The position numbers and the translations under genes were made by a program. DNA of 57,000 nt. It comes from a virus. Its lineage: Duplodnaviria > Caudoviricetes. The DNA is taken from positions 1 to 57,000 of IMG/VR virus record IMGVR_UViG_3300044711_000225. One strand, given 5' to 3'. Positions 37,096-45,886 of the stretch are shown one piece after another. Under the pieces are notes generated by a model, which worked only from the letters and a program-made list of their open reading frames with translations, searched no databases and was not told where the DNA came from. Position 1 is the first letter of the stretch; each line of letters starts with the position of its first letter.

Positions 37096-37614
37096 GTGAG
37101 CGGCGAGACGCAGCCCCCGGACCTCGACGAAGGCCCGTTCGCGTTCGCGATGACGGACCCGCTCTCGGCGCTTGAGCGCCAGGACCGCGAGCACTCCGCC
37201 GCCCTTGACGCTGCCGACGCCGGCATGGATCTGCGTGGACTCGTCGCGGATCTCCGGCGTGGCGCCCAGCGCGCGCAGAAGCTGCTCGAATCCGAGAGCG
37301 AGCACCACATGCGCGAGCGTGCGCAGCTGCGCGCCGCGATCGTCGCCGAGCGCGCCCGGTTCTCCGCGTTGCTCCTCGAGGTCTCCAAGCTCTCGTGTGG
37401 CCCGAGCGACAAGCCGAGCCTGCGCAGCGAGGAGGTTATCGAACGGATCGGCCACCTGCTCGACGAGCCGAACTTGAGCCGTCACGCGCTCGCGCACGCC
37501 ATGGCTCAGCTGTGCACCGCGCTCGCCGACGAAATCCAAACGCTGCACCAACTGGTCAAGGCCGGGCTCGCGTGTACCTGCCCGGGGCTGCTCGGCGCGC
37601 CGGTGCCGCGATGA
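37096..37614 (+). CDS. Hypothetical coiled-coil protein
   Basis: 172 aa; coupled overlaps. Confidence 0.5.
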   Translation: MSGETQPPDLDEGPFAFAMTDPLSALERQDREHSAALDAADAGMDLRGLVADLRRGAQRAQKLLESESEHHMRERAQLRAAIVAERARFSALLLEVSKLSCGPSDKPSLRSEEVIERIGHLLDEPNLSRHALAHAMAQLCTALADEIQTLHQLVKAGLACTCPGLLGAPVPR

Positions 37615-37749
37615 CCCCCTCCCAGCAGCTGCCCCTGCTCGACGTCACCCCACCCGGCCCCGCGCTGTTCGTGGCGCCGTGCCAGTGCGGCGCGCTCTGC
37701 GGCGACGCGTGCGTATGCGGACCCTTCCTGAGCGACCTGGAGGACGACG

Positions 37750-38202
37750 ATGACGACGAGTAGCCCCGCGCAGAGCCCCGACCGCGGCCGCGCGAACCTG
37801 ACCGAAGCGATCCTCCAGGCGCCCGACTCGGGCCCGCGCACGACCTCGCGCGATGCCGCGCTCCGTTTCGCGCTGGCCATCGCACGCGCCCACGCGCTCG
37901 ACGAGACGGCGTGGCGCGCGACGGTGCGCGGAGCCCTCGCCGGTTGCAACGCGGGGCACGTCAGCGAGGCGATGAACGACCTGCGCGACGCGTTCGAGGA
38001 GCAGTTCGGCGAGCCGTACACGCGCGCCCGGGGCATCGTCGCGCTGGAGTACGCGATCGACCCGTTCGCGATGGAGCGCGATGCCGCTCTCGAGCGGGGG
38101 ATCGACGACGGGGCCGCGGAGACGCGGCGGTGGCGCGCGCGGGTGCGACGCGTCGAGCGGGAGATCATGGCCGCGCGGGCGGCGAAGGAGAGGGCTGCGT
38201 GA
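37750..38202 (+). CDS. Hypothetical protein
   Basis: 150 aa; GGAGG RBS. Confidence 0.5.
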   Translation: MTTSSPAQSPDRGRANLTEAILQAPDSGPRTTSRDAALRFALAIARAHALDETAWRATVRGALAGCNAGHVSEAMNDLRDAFEEQFGEPYTRARGIVALEYAIDPFAMERDAALERGIDDGAAETRRWRARVRRVEREIMAARAAKERAA

Positions 38203-38870
38203 AGACGTATTGGGATCTCAGCGAGCGGGAGCGGTCGGAACTCGAGCGCGGACAGGTGGAGGCGTTCGTCGCGATCGAGCTCATGCGCATCGGCGTGGTG
38301 CGCGCGCGCCAGCCCCCCACCTTCGTCAAGCCGGCCCCCGAGGTCGCGAAGACGACCTTTTACGCCGTCGGCCCCGACCACGGCGGCGTGATGTTCGCGA
38401 CCCAGGAGGCTGCGGCTGCGGCTGTGCGGTCGGGGATGTACGTGGCTGAGCGCGACTGGAGGCAGGGCTCGATCGAGTATTTCGGGTCCGTTGGACCGAC
38501 GATCCGGACGGTCGACCTGCCGAGCAAGGCGACGGCAGAAGCGCACCGCTCCGCGTTCGCGGAGGCGCAGGCTGCGGCCGAGGCGAACGAGAAGGCCCAG
38601 CGCGGCTACGAGGAGGCGGTCAAGAAGGAGACCGAGGCCCTCGCGGGCATGTGGAGCGACTGGCACACGCAGCGCGACGAGGCGGCGAAGAATCGCCGGA
38701 TCGTCGAGACGTTCAACGAATACCTGAAGCTCGCCGGTGACGCGCCCACGGCATCGGCATTCCTCCACAAGGCGTTCGGTCGTCAGGCGATCCGCGACGC
38801 CGCGGAGTGGTTCGGGGAGACGATCCCGGACCCATACGAGCCCACCCCCGAAGTCCCGGTGATCGCGTGA
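38199..38870 (+). CDS. Hypothetical protein
   Basis: KTYWDLSERER...FNEYLKLAGD...AFLHKAF; 223 aa. Confidence 0.6.
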   Translation: MKTYWDLSERERSELERGQVEAFVAIELMRIGVVRARQPPTFVKPAPEVAKTTFYAVGPDHGGVMFATQEAAAAAVRSGMYVAERDWRQGSIEYFGSVGPTIRTVDLPSKATAEAHRSAFAEAQAAAEANEKAQRGYEEAVKKETEALAGMWSDWHTQRDEAAKNRRIVETFNEYLKLAGDAPTASAFLHKAFGRQAIRDAAEWFGETIPDPYEPTPEVPVIA

Positions 38871-39030
38871 ACGACAACTCGAACGAGCCGGACCTCGTCG
38901 TGGCGCTGCGCGCGTCGGTCGCCTGGTGCGTCTGGCGCGGGCAGCCCGTGCGGGACGTGATGCCGCCCGGGGAGCGGGAGCGGCGGGTCGTGGATGTGGG
39001 GCGCGACGAGCGCGCGGAAGGACGTGGAAC

Positions 39031-39474
39031 GTGCCGAACTGGCGATCGCTGATCGACAAGGACTTCTTGGGCGCCTGGGACCTCGTCGGGCCGGACGGCA
39101 AGCCGCGCGACTTCACGCTCGAGATCGCCTCCGTGCGCTCCGAACTCCTGAAGACGAAGGAAACGCCGAAGGGCAAGCGCAAGGCGGTGATCCGATTCAA
39201 GGGCGCGCGGAAGGCCATGGTCGCGAACAGCACCAACTGCGAGGTGATCGAAGGGCTCTACTCCGCGGACTTCACGCAGTGGGTCGGCCGGAGCGTGACG
39301 CTCTACCAGACCGACGTGCGCTCTCCGACGGGCGGGACGATCAAGGGGATCCGGGTGCGTCCCAAGAAGCCTGGCGGACCCGCGGAGGTCATCGAGGACC
39401 GTCCCGTCGACCCGGAGATCCGAGCGGCGCAGGACGAGGCGTTCCAGCGCGGCGACGCGCACGAGGGACCGTGA
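39031..39474 (+). CDS. Putative ssDNA-binding/annealing protein
   Basis: DFLGAWDL...TLEIASV...KAMVANSTN...WVGRSVTLY; upstream of exonuclease. Confidence 0.55.
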   Translation: MPNWRSLIDKDFLGAWDLVGPDGKPRDFTLEIASVRSELLKTKETPKGKRKAVIRFKGARKAMVANSTNCEVIEGLYSADFTQWVGRSVTLYQTDVRSPTGGTIKGIRVRPKKPGGPAEVIEDRPVDPEIRAAQDEAFQRGDAHEGP

Positions 39475-40088
39475 GCCTGCGCCGGCTCGACCTTACCGGT
39501 CAGCGCTTCGGGCGCTGGACTGCGCTCGCGCCTGTCGCAGGCACCCGCGGTCGTGCGGCCTGGCTCTGTCGCTGCGACTGCGGCGTGGAGCGCCCAGTGA
39601 CCACGCCCGCACTCCGGGCTGGAGCGTCGGTCTCGTGCGGGTGTCGCCGGGTCGAAACGACCAGAACGCACGGCCGATCTGGCTCCCCCGAGTACACGGC
39701 GTGGTCCGCGATGCACCAGCGGTGCACGAACGAACGCAGCCCCGAGTTCAAGAACTACGGAGCGCGAGGCATCCGAGTCTGCGAACGTTGGGTGGCCTTC
39801 GACCTCTTCCTGCTGGACGTCGGCCCGCGCCCCAGCGCGAAGCACTCGCTCGACCGCGAGGACAACGAGGGCAACTACGAGCCGACAAACTGCCGGTGGG
39901 CAACGCCGAAGCAACAGACTCGTAATCGGCGCATCACGAAGCTCTCCGAGGCCGCCGCCGCGCGGGTTCGCGCGCGTCTGGCGGCTGGGGCTCCGGTGGC
40001 GGAGATCGCGCGCGAGCACGGCGTCTCACCGGGCTGCATCTACGAGGTCAAGAAGGGCCACACGTGGGCCGAAGACGAGGTCGCATGA
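39471..40088 (+). CDS. HNH-type homing endonuclease-like protein with C-terminal HTH
   Basis: DLTGQRFGRW, WLCRCDCG, YGARGIRVCERW, SLDREDNEGNYEPTNCRWAT. Confidence 0.85.
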   Translation: MSLRRLDLTGQRFGRWTALAPVAGTRGRAAWLCRCDCGVERPVTTPALRAGASVSCGCRRVETTRTHGRSGSPEYTAWSAMHQRCTNERSPEFKNYGARGIRVCERWVAFDLFLLDVGPRPSAKHSLDREDNEGNYEPTNCRWATPKQQTRNRRITKLSEAAAARVRARLAAGAPVAEIAREHGVSPGCIYEVKKGHTWAEDEVA

Positions 40089-40894
40089 AGGTCCGAAATC
40101 CGAGCGACGGGCGGGTGCACTTCTCCCAGCTCAAAAATTTCGGTAGGTCACCGGCGCATTACAAAACGGCCTGCGAGCGCCCGTGGCAGCCGACCCGCGC
40201 GATGCGGATCGGCACCGTGGCGCACCGGATCATCCTCGGAGCACGCCCGGGGCACGAGATCACGATCTGGGACGGCGACCGCCGCGGCAAGGCATGGATG
40301 GAATTCGCCGCGGAGCACAAGGGCGAGGAGATCATCACCATGACGGAGGTGGTCGAGGCGCAGGCCATCGCCGACTCCGCGCTGGCCTCCCCCGTGCTCG
40401 CGGAGCTCCTCGAGGGCGCCCGCTGCGAGGTGCCGCTCGCGTGGACGGACGCGGGCATCGAGTGCGCGACCGCGGGCGTGGACATCCTGCGCGACCGTGA
40501 TGGGGTGCTCGCGGACCTCAAGACGTGCAACACGACGGAGCCGCGGCGGTGGAGCGCGCAGGCGCTCAGCATGAGCTACCACGCGCAGCTCGCCTTCGCG
40601 GACACGGGCGCGCGCGCGAACGGGTTCGCGCCGCGGCGCCACCTGCTGATCGGGATCGAGGCGACGCCGCCGCACTGCGTGGTGGTGCTCGAACTCACGC
40701 CGGCGATGCTCGCTGAGGGCCGGAAGGCGATCGTGCTCTGGCTCGAGCGGCTCCGGTCGTGCGAGGAGAACGACTGCTGGCCCGGGTACACGGACAGCGT
40801 GGTCGCGCTCGACCTGCCGCCGTGGATGGCCGGCGACGACGTGGAGGGCGACGTGCTCGAGGGCGAAGGCGAGCTGCTCGAGGCCGCGTCGTGA
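40085..40894 (+). CDS. PD-(D/E)XK exonuclease, RecE/ExoVIII (DUF3799)-like
   Basis: FSQLK...SPAHY, GTVAH, VD...DLKT, YHAQLA, WPGY. Confidence 0.85.
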   Translation: MKVRNPSDGRVHFSQLKNFGRSPAHYKTACERPWQPTRAMRIGTVAHRIILGARPGHEITIWDGDRRGKAWMEFAAEHKGEEIITMTEVVEAQAIADSALASPVLAELLEGARCEVPLAWTDAGIECATAGVDILRDRDGVLADLKTCNTTEPRRWSAQALSMSYHAQLAFADTGARANGFAPRRHLLIGIEATPPHCVVVLELTPAMLAEGRKAIVLWLERLRSCEENDCWPGYTDSVVALDLPPWMAGDDVEGDVLEGEGELLEAAS

Positions 40895-41430
40895 GCGGCG
40901 CGCTGTCCCCGGAGCGGGAGCGGGAGATCCGCGAGCGCCACAGCCGGCCGCTCACCGCGTCCAGCGACGACGTGCGCGACATCCGCGACCTCCTCGCCGC
41001 CCTCGACGCGAGCCGCGCGGAGCGGGACGCGTGCAGGCACTCGCTCGACCAGGCGAACGGCTACCTCGACGAGCTCACCACGATCGTAGACGAGGCGTTC
41101 GGGCTCCAGCCGGTCCAGCCGGCCGACGAGTTGCTGAGGACACTGGAACGGCTGCTCTTCGAGCGCGGGCAGGACTACGAGCGCTGGCGCGCCTTCGCGG
41201 AGGCCGCCGACGCGGTGGCGGCGGACCTGGTGGGCCGCTGCCAGGCCGCCGAGGTGTCGCCGGGCGTGCTGTGCGACGCGCCAGGGAAGGCGCTGAAGGA
41301 CCCGGCCAGCGGCGTCGAGAAGCTGTGGAAGTGCGACGCGCACGCGCGGGCCGAGTACGTCGAGGCCGACCCCGATGCGGCTGCGATGGTCCGCGCGTGG
41401 CTCGCGGCGAAGGCGGCGGTGGGGCGATGA
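40891..41430 (+). CDS. Hypothetical protein
   Basis: 179 aa; coupled overlaps. Confidence 0.5.
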   Translation: MSGALSPEREREIRERHSRPLTASSDDVRDIRDLLAALDASRAERDACRHSLDQANGYLDELTTIVDEAFGLQPVQPADELLRTLERLLFERGQDYERWRAFAEAADAVAADLVGRCQAAEVSPGVLCDAPGKALKDPASGVEKLWKCDAHARAEYVEADPDAAAMVRAWLAAKAAVGR

Positions 41431-41882
41431 AGATCGCCTCGTTCATGGATCCCGCCGGACACGGCAAGCCGTTGTGGGTCGTCTTCGGGAGTCACACCTG
41501 GCCGCAGATCGTCTGCGTGAAGCTGCTCGCGTACACGGTCGACCACGTGCTGCTCCCCGTCGGCGCGGAGGGGCCGAACGTCTGCGTCTGGGGTTACAGC
41601 GTGTGGAAGCGTAAGCCCGGCTTCCGAACGATGGGCACCAACGTCTTCACGTGGGCGAAGGCATACACGCTTTGCGAGTTCTATGACGCGCAGGATGAGG
41701 CGCTGGATCGGCTGCGGAAGTTGACGACTCCGACCTGCCCCGACTGCCTGCGCAAGAACGAGGTCACCTACGCGACGCGCGAGGTGACGGCTGCCGAGGC
41801 GCAGCTGGAGCGCGCGAGGAAGCGCCTCGCGGACGCGAAGAAGGCCGTCAAGGAGCGCCCCGCCCCGGCGAGGACGTCGTGA
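41427..41882 (+). CDS. Hypothetical protein
   Basis: 151 aa; ATGA overlap. Confidence 0.55.
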   Translation: MKIASFMDPAGHGKPLWVVFGSHTWPQIVCVKLLAYTVDHVLLPVGAEGPNVCVWGYSVWKRKPGFRTMGTNVFTWAKAYTLCEFYDAQDEALDRLRKLTTPTCPDCLRKNEVTYATREVTAAEAQLERARKRLADAKKAVKERPAPARTS

Positions 41883-42364
41883 AAGCGCTCAGCATCCGCC
41901 AGCCGTGGGCTTGGGCGATCCTGCACGCCGGGAAGCGCCTGGAGAACCGCGATTGGAAGGGCTGCGCGTACCGGGGGCCGATCTTGATCCACGCGTCGAA
42001 GGGCGTCGGCACCCTGGAGGAGTTCGGCTCGGCCGTGGACGACGTGCTCGACCGCGTGCCCGACGAGGACGAGGCAGCCTTCCTCGCGATGTTCGACGAG
42101 GCGCGCGGGCGGGTGCGCCCGGGCAGGATCGAGCGGGGCGGCATCGTGGGGCGCGCGCGCATCGACGGCGTGATCGCCTCCGCTCGCGACCTCGACACGT
42201 ACGGCGAGCCGCGAGCGCAGTTCTGGCGCGAAGAGCAGCACCTCTGGTACGCGGGCGGCTTCGCGCTCGTGCTCGCCGACGTGGAGGCGCTCCCGTTCGT
42301 GCCGTGGAAGGGCGAGCTCGGGCTGTTCGAGGTGCCGGACGACTACGCTACGAGGACGCCGTGA
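41879..42364 (+). CDS. ASCH domain protein
   Basis: ALSIRQPWAWAILHAGKRLENRDW...YRGPILIHAS...KGELGLF. Confidence 0.92.
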   Translation: MKALSIRQPWAWAILHAGKRLENRDWKGCAYRGPILIHASKGVGTLEEFGSAVDDVLDRVPDEDEAAFLAMFDEARGRVRPGRIERGGIVGRARIDGVIASARDLDTYGEPRAQFWREEQHLWYAGGFALVLADVEALPFVPWKGELGLFEVPDDYATRTP

Positions 42365-42681
42365 CCCCCGCCGACCGCGCCCGCCTCTCGGCCCTGCTTG
42401 GCCCCGACCTGCTCGCCGCGCTGGAGGCTGAGGGGTTCGCGGTGGTGATCGACCGCGCCGTGACGGTCAGCCGCCCCGTCGAGTGCGGCCCGGCCTGCGC
42501 TGCCGAGAAGCGCGATCGTCAACTCTGCCGGTGCGGGCATACGCATGAGATGCACGATGGCGGCATGCGTGGGTCGTGGTGCGATGGCGCTGGGACGTGG
42601 CAGAGCTTCGCGACACCCGCGCAGAAGGCGACCTTCTGCAAGTGCCGCTCGTTCATTCCCGCGGAGGCGTCCCGTGGCTGA
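42361..42681 (+). CDS. Hypothetical Zn-binding protein
   Basis: CRCGH...H...C...CKCRSF. Confidence 0.5.
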   Translation: MTPADRARLSALLGPDLLAALEAEGFAVVIDRAVTVSRPVECGPACAAEKRDRQLCRCGHTHEMHDGGMRGSWCDGAGTWQSFATPAQKATFCKCRSFIPAEASRG

Positions 42682-42883
42682 GCCCACCCAGCAGCGCGCG
42701 AACGCCCTCCTCGCCCTCTCCGCGGCCCGCGCCCGGCTGGAGCACGCGGCCCTGGACCTCGCGCAGCAGATCGAGGCCCGGGTTGCGGCAGGGCACGACG
42801 CGCCGGAGCGCAGGGAGCGGCGATTCTTGGCAGCGGCGCGCGCGCTGCGGATCGCGCTGGGGCAGGCGAGGGCGGGGCGGTGA
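42674..42883 (+). CDS. Small hypothetical protein
   Basis: 69 aa; GGAGG RBS. Confidence 0.4.
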   Translation: MAEPTQQRANALLALSAARARLEHAALDLAQQIEARVAAGHDAPERRERRFLAAARALRIALGQARAGR

Positions 42884-43233
42884 GCGCGCGCGTGGTTGCC
42901 GCCCTCCGCGAGCTCGCCGATGCCATCGAAGCGTCCGAGGCGACGCGGACCGGCCCCGTGGTCAACCCGTCGGACTTCATGCGCGAGACGCTCCCCGCCG
43001 GGGTCGGCACGCGGATCATGACCGTGATCCGCCCGTGGCTGTCCAACTCCGCGTGCTGGGCCGACGTTACGCAGTTCGACTGCCGCAAGTTCATCCGGTC
43101 CCGCGGATGGGGCCGGAAGTGCCACCGCGTGCTGCTCGAGGGGCTCCAGGCGCGCGGGCTTCGTCTCGCGTGCGGATGCGGCGGGTACATCGCGCTCGAC
43201 CCGTGGCGGTGTCCGACGAGGCCCAGCCCGTGA
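42880..43233 (+). CDS. RNA polymerase alpha-CTD-like protein
   Basis: ADVTQ...GWGRKC...LQARGLRL colinear with RpoA CTD. Confidence 0.55.
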   Translation: MSARVVAALRELADAIEASEATRTGPVVNPSDFMRETLPAGVGTRIMTVIRPWLSNSACWADVTQFDCRKFIRSRGWGRKCHRVLLEGLQARGLRLACGCGGYIALDPWRCPTRPSP

Positions 43234-43747
43234 CCGCGCGCGCCTGGAGGCTGGCGGGCCGCTTCTACGTGCCGACCGACGTGGACGCGCAGCACGAGGC
43301 ATGGGGCGCCAGCTGCGGCCCCGCCGCGCTCGCCGCTCTTCTCGCGTGCCAGGTCGCCGACCTTCGTCGGCTGTTCCCGCGGCCGTGGACGACGCCGACC
43401 GACATGCGTCACGCCTTGTCGCTCTGCGACGTGCGCTGGGACAGCACCCCGCGCGATCTTGAGGGGCACTGGCCGGAGCCACACGCGATGCCGACGCACG
43501 GGCTCGCGTTCATCCAATGGGACGGGCCGTGGCTCAAGCCCGGCGTTCCGCAGCGCGCAGCCTACCTCTACACGCACTGGATCGCCGTGGACCACGGCGC
43601 CGTCTACGACGTCAACGCGAACGGTTGGCTGCCGCGCCTCGCGTGGGACACGAAGCTGGCGCCGGCCCTCGCCGGGGATGTGGAGCGGGGGACGGGGCTC
43701 TGGTACGTGCGGGCAGGGCTGGAGCTTGTCTCGTGACCGCGCGCGCC
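43229..43747 (+). repeat. 16-bp direct repeat CGTGACCGCGCGCGCC (43229-43244, 43732-43747)
   Basis: Exact copies at both junctions of the peptidase-like gene. Confidence 0.8.
43230..43736 (+). CDS. Papain-like (C39-type) cysteine peptidase-like protein
   Basis: SCGPAALAAL...THWIAV...VYDVN. Confidence 0.55.
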   Translation: MTARAWRLAGRFYVPTDVDAQHEAWGASCGPAALAALLACQVADLRRLFPRPWTTPTDMRHALSLCDVRWDSTPRDLEGHWPEPHAMPTHGLAFIQWDGPWLKPGVPQRAAYLYTHWIAVDHGAVYDVNANGWLPRLAWDTKLAPALAGDVERGTGLWYVRAGLELVS

Positions 43748-43975
43748 GCACGGCTGCTCCGCCGTCGCGCGGAGGTCGCCCGCGAGCTCGCGGCGCTGGA
43801 CGAGGCCGTGGCCGCGGAGCTCGGCCATGCGTCCGTCGGAGCGGAGGCGACGCCCACCATCGCTGACGGCGAAAGCGGAAGCCTTCGCGCGCCCCGCTGC
43901 AAGCCGCGCCCGGAGGACCTCGAGCGGGTCGCCAAGCGGCTCCAGCGCGCCGGCGTGTACCCTGCGAGGCGATGA
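43733..43975 (+). CDS. Small protein upstream of integrase (possible directionality factor)
   Basis: 80 aa; overlaps int start; function from position only. Confidence 0.4.
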   Translation: MTARAARLLRRRAEVARELAALDEAVAAELGHASVGAEATPTIADGESGSLRAPRCKPRPEDLERVAKRLQRAGVYPARR

Positions 43976-45156
43976 CGGTGCCCAAGCCCAAGCTGCCCCC
44001 GGGAGTTTCCCGCCACGCCGACCGCTACGGCCGCGTGACCTTCCACGCGCGCGCGACGATCGATGGCAAGCGCCGGAGCCTGGGCCTGCACCCGACGCCT
44101 GAGGACGCGAGCCGCGCCGTCGAGGCGGCGCTCCTGCTCACGCGCGCCGACGGCCGCGGCCTCACCCTCGCGGCGTACGGCGAGCGGTGGCTCCGCGAGC
44201 GCGGAACGGACGGGATCCACCGCGCGGCCGACAAGGACACGAGCACGTGGAGGACCCACGTCGCGACCGCGCACTTCGCCGCCTTCCCCCTGCGTCGCAT
44301 CGCGCGGACTGACGTCCACCGGTGGGTCAAGGAGCTCCTCGCGACCGAGGCGACGAGCACGAGCACGACCGGCCGCCCCGGCGCACGCGTCACGGAGCGC
44401 ACCGGCCTCGGCCGCAAGCTCGGGACCCAGACGATCCGCAACGCGCTCGGGCTGCTCCGGCGCGCTCTCGGCGACGCCGCGAACGAGGGGCTCGTCGGCG
44501 CGAACCCGGCGACGGGCGTCCGGGTCCCGCGCCGCGCCGCCGACGTCGAGACGTGGGCATACCTCACCGCGGCGGAGATCGATCGCGTCCTCGCGCTGCG
44601 CCTGCGGCCCGAGCAGCGCGCGATCTACACCGTGGCGATCTACACGGGCCTGCGCGGCGGCGAGCTGTGGGGCCTGCGGTGGATGGACGTCGTCCTCGAC
44701 GCGGAGCGCCCCGAGATCGTCGTCGCGCGCAGCTACCGCGGGCCCACGAAGGGCGGTCGCGTCCGGCGCGTGCCGCTGTTCCGCCAGGCGCGCGAGGCCC
44801 TGGAGGCGTGGCGCCGCGAGCAGCCCGGCATCGGCGCCGCGCTCGTGTTCCCCGCCGAGACCGACGAGGACGGGCTCGCGGGCTGCCACGCGGAGGGGTT
44901 CGATGCGGGGTGGCCGCGCGTGCGGCGCCTCGCCGGCATCACGCGCCGCGTGCGCTTCCATGACCTGCGGCACACGTGCGGGTCGCACCTGGTACAGGGC
45001 ACGTGGGGCCGCGCGTGGCGGCTCGAAGAGGTCCGGGAGATGCTCGGGCATCGTTCGATCACGACAACGGAGCGCTACGCCCACATGGCGCCGGAGCGGC
45101 TCCAGGGGGCGCGGGCGGAGCAGGACGCGGCGACCCGGAAGGAGACGATGCGATGA
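43972..45156 (+). CDS. int: Tyrosine integrase
   Basis: TGLRGGE, TKGG, FHDLRHT, LGH, TERYAH. Confidence 0.95.
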   Translation: MTVPKPKLPPGVSRHADRYGRVTFHARATIDGKRRSLGLHPTPEDASRAVEAALLLTRADGRGLTLAAYGERWLRERGTDGIHRAADKDTSTWRTHVATAHFAAFPLRRIARTDVHRWVKELLATEATSTSTTGRPGARVTERTGLGRKLGTQTIRNALGLLRRALGDAANEGLVGANPATGVRVPRRAADVETWAYLTAAEIDRVLALRLRPEQRAIYTVAIYTGLRGGELWGLRWMDVVLDAERPEIVVARSYRGPTKGGRVRRVPLFRQAREALEAWRREQPGIGAALVFPAETDEDGLAGCHAEGFDAGWPRVRRLAGITRRVRFHDLRHTCGSHLVQGTWGRAWRLEEVREMLGHRSITTTERYAHMAPERLQGARAEQDAATRKETMR

Positions 45157-45329
45157 TGATCTGGTTCGTCCGTATCGATGGCAACCTGGCGGTCACGAAC
45201 ATCAAGACGCTTGAGGAGGGACGGCGCGAACGAAAGCGTCTCCGCCGTGTGTGGCCATCGCGCGACGTGCGGCTCTTCCGAAGAAACAGGCCGGAGGTCG
45301 TCGCCGGGAAACACTCTGGCAACACCTGA
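45153..45329 (+). CDS. Small hypothetical protein
   Basis: 58 aa; ATGA overlap with int. Confidence 0.35.
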   Translation: MMIWFVRIDGNLAVTNIKTLEEGRRERKRLRRVWPSRDVRLFRRNRPEVVAGKHSGNT

Positions 45330-45361
45330 ACGAGGCCCACGATGCGAGAGCCTACAAAACA

Positions 45362-45411
45362 GGGCACCCCCGGCAAGAATCGGACTTGCGACCTTCGGTT
45401 TAGGAAGCCGA
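45362..45411 (-). other. attP core: 3' half of tRNA-Arg(CCT)
   Basis: Minus strand TCGGC TTCCTAA ACCGA AGGTC GCAAG TCCGATT CTTGC CGGGGGT G; no D-arm upstream; ~200 bp after int. Confidence 0.8.
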
Positions 45412-45507
45412 GGCGCCCGCGTGTAGCTGCGCGGGGTTGGGGGCACGTGTTGCCGGTGGGTTGCCGGGGCGGCGTAGAGTAGGGCCGCGAGGCCGAGGAG
45501 AAGCAAG

Positions 45508-45873
45508 ATGGGACACATGCTGCACCACACGATCGCCGTGACGACGAATATCGAGCGCTGGGCCGCTCCAGCCCATGCGAAGGCCGTAGCCATCTTCGGC
45601 GATGGCGTAACGCCGATCTTCGAGACGAAGCTCAACGGCGTATGGTCGTTCTTCGTGCTGCCCGACGGGAGCAAAGAGGGATGGGAGGCGTCGGACGAAG
45701 GCGACGCGCGGCGCTTTGCGTTCGTCGCATGGCTCGATGCGCAGCGGTACGATGACGACTCGACGCCGTACCACTGGGTCGAAGTCGCGATCGGGAGCGA
45801 CGAGCCCGACGAGACGGAGATCATCGCGGCGTGGACGTGCGAGCCCTCGCCCACCCGCCCGGGGGCAACGTGA
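45508..45873 (+). CDS. Hypothetical protein next to attP
   Basis: GAGGAG RBS; PDGSKEGW motif; 121 aa. Confidence 0.7.
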   Translation: MGHMLHHTIAVTTNIERWAAPAHAKAVAIFGDGVTPIFETKLNGVWSFFVLPDGSKEGWEASDEGDARRFAFVAWLDAQRYDDDSTPYHWVEVAIGSDEPDETEIIAAWTCEPSPTRPGAT

Positions 45874-45886
45874 GCCGCGTCGAGAG

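Noticed and set aside
45362-45440. Complete phage tRNA gene
   Set aside because: No D-arm or 5' acceptor strand is recognisable; only the 3' half
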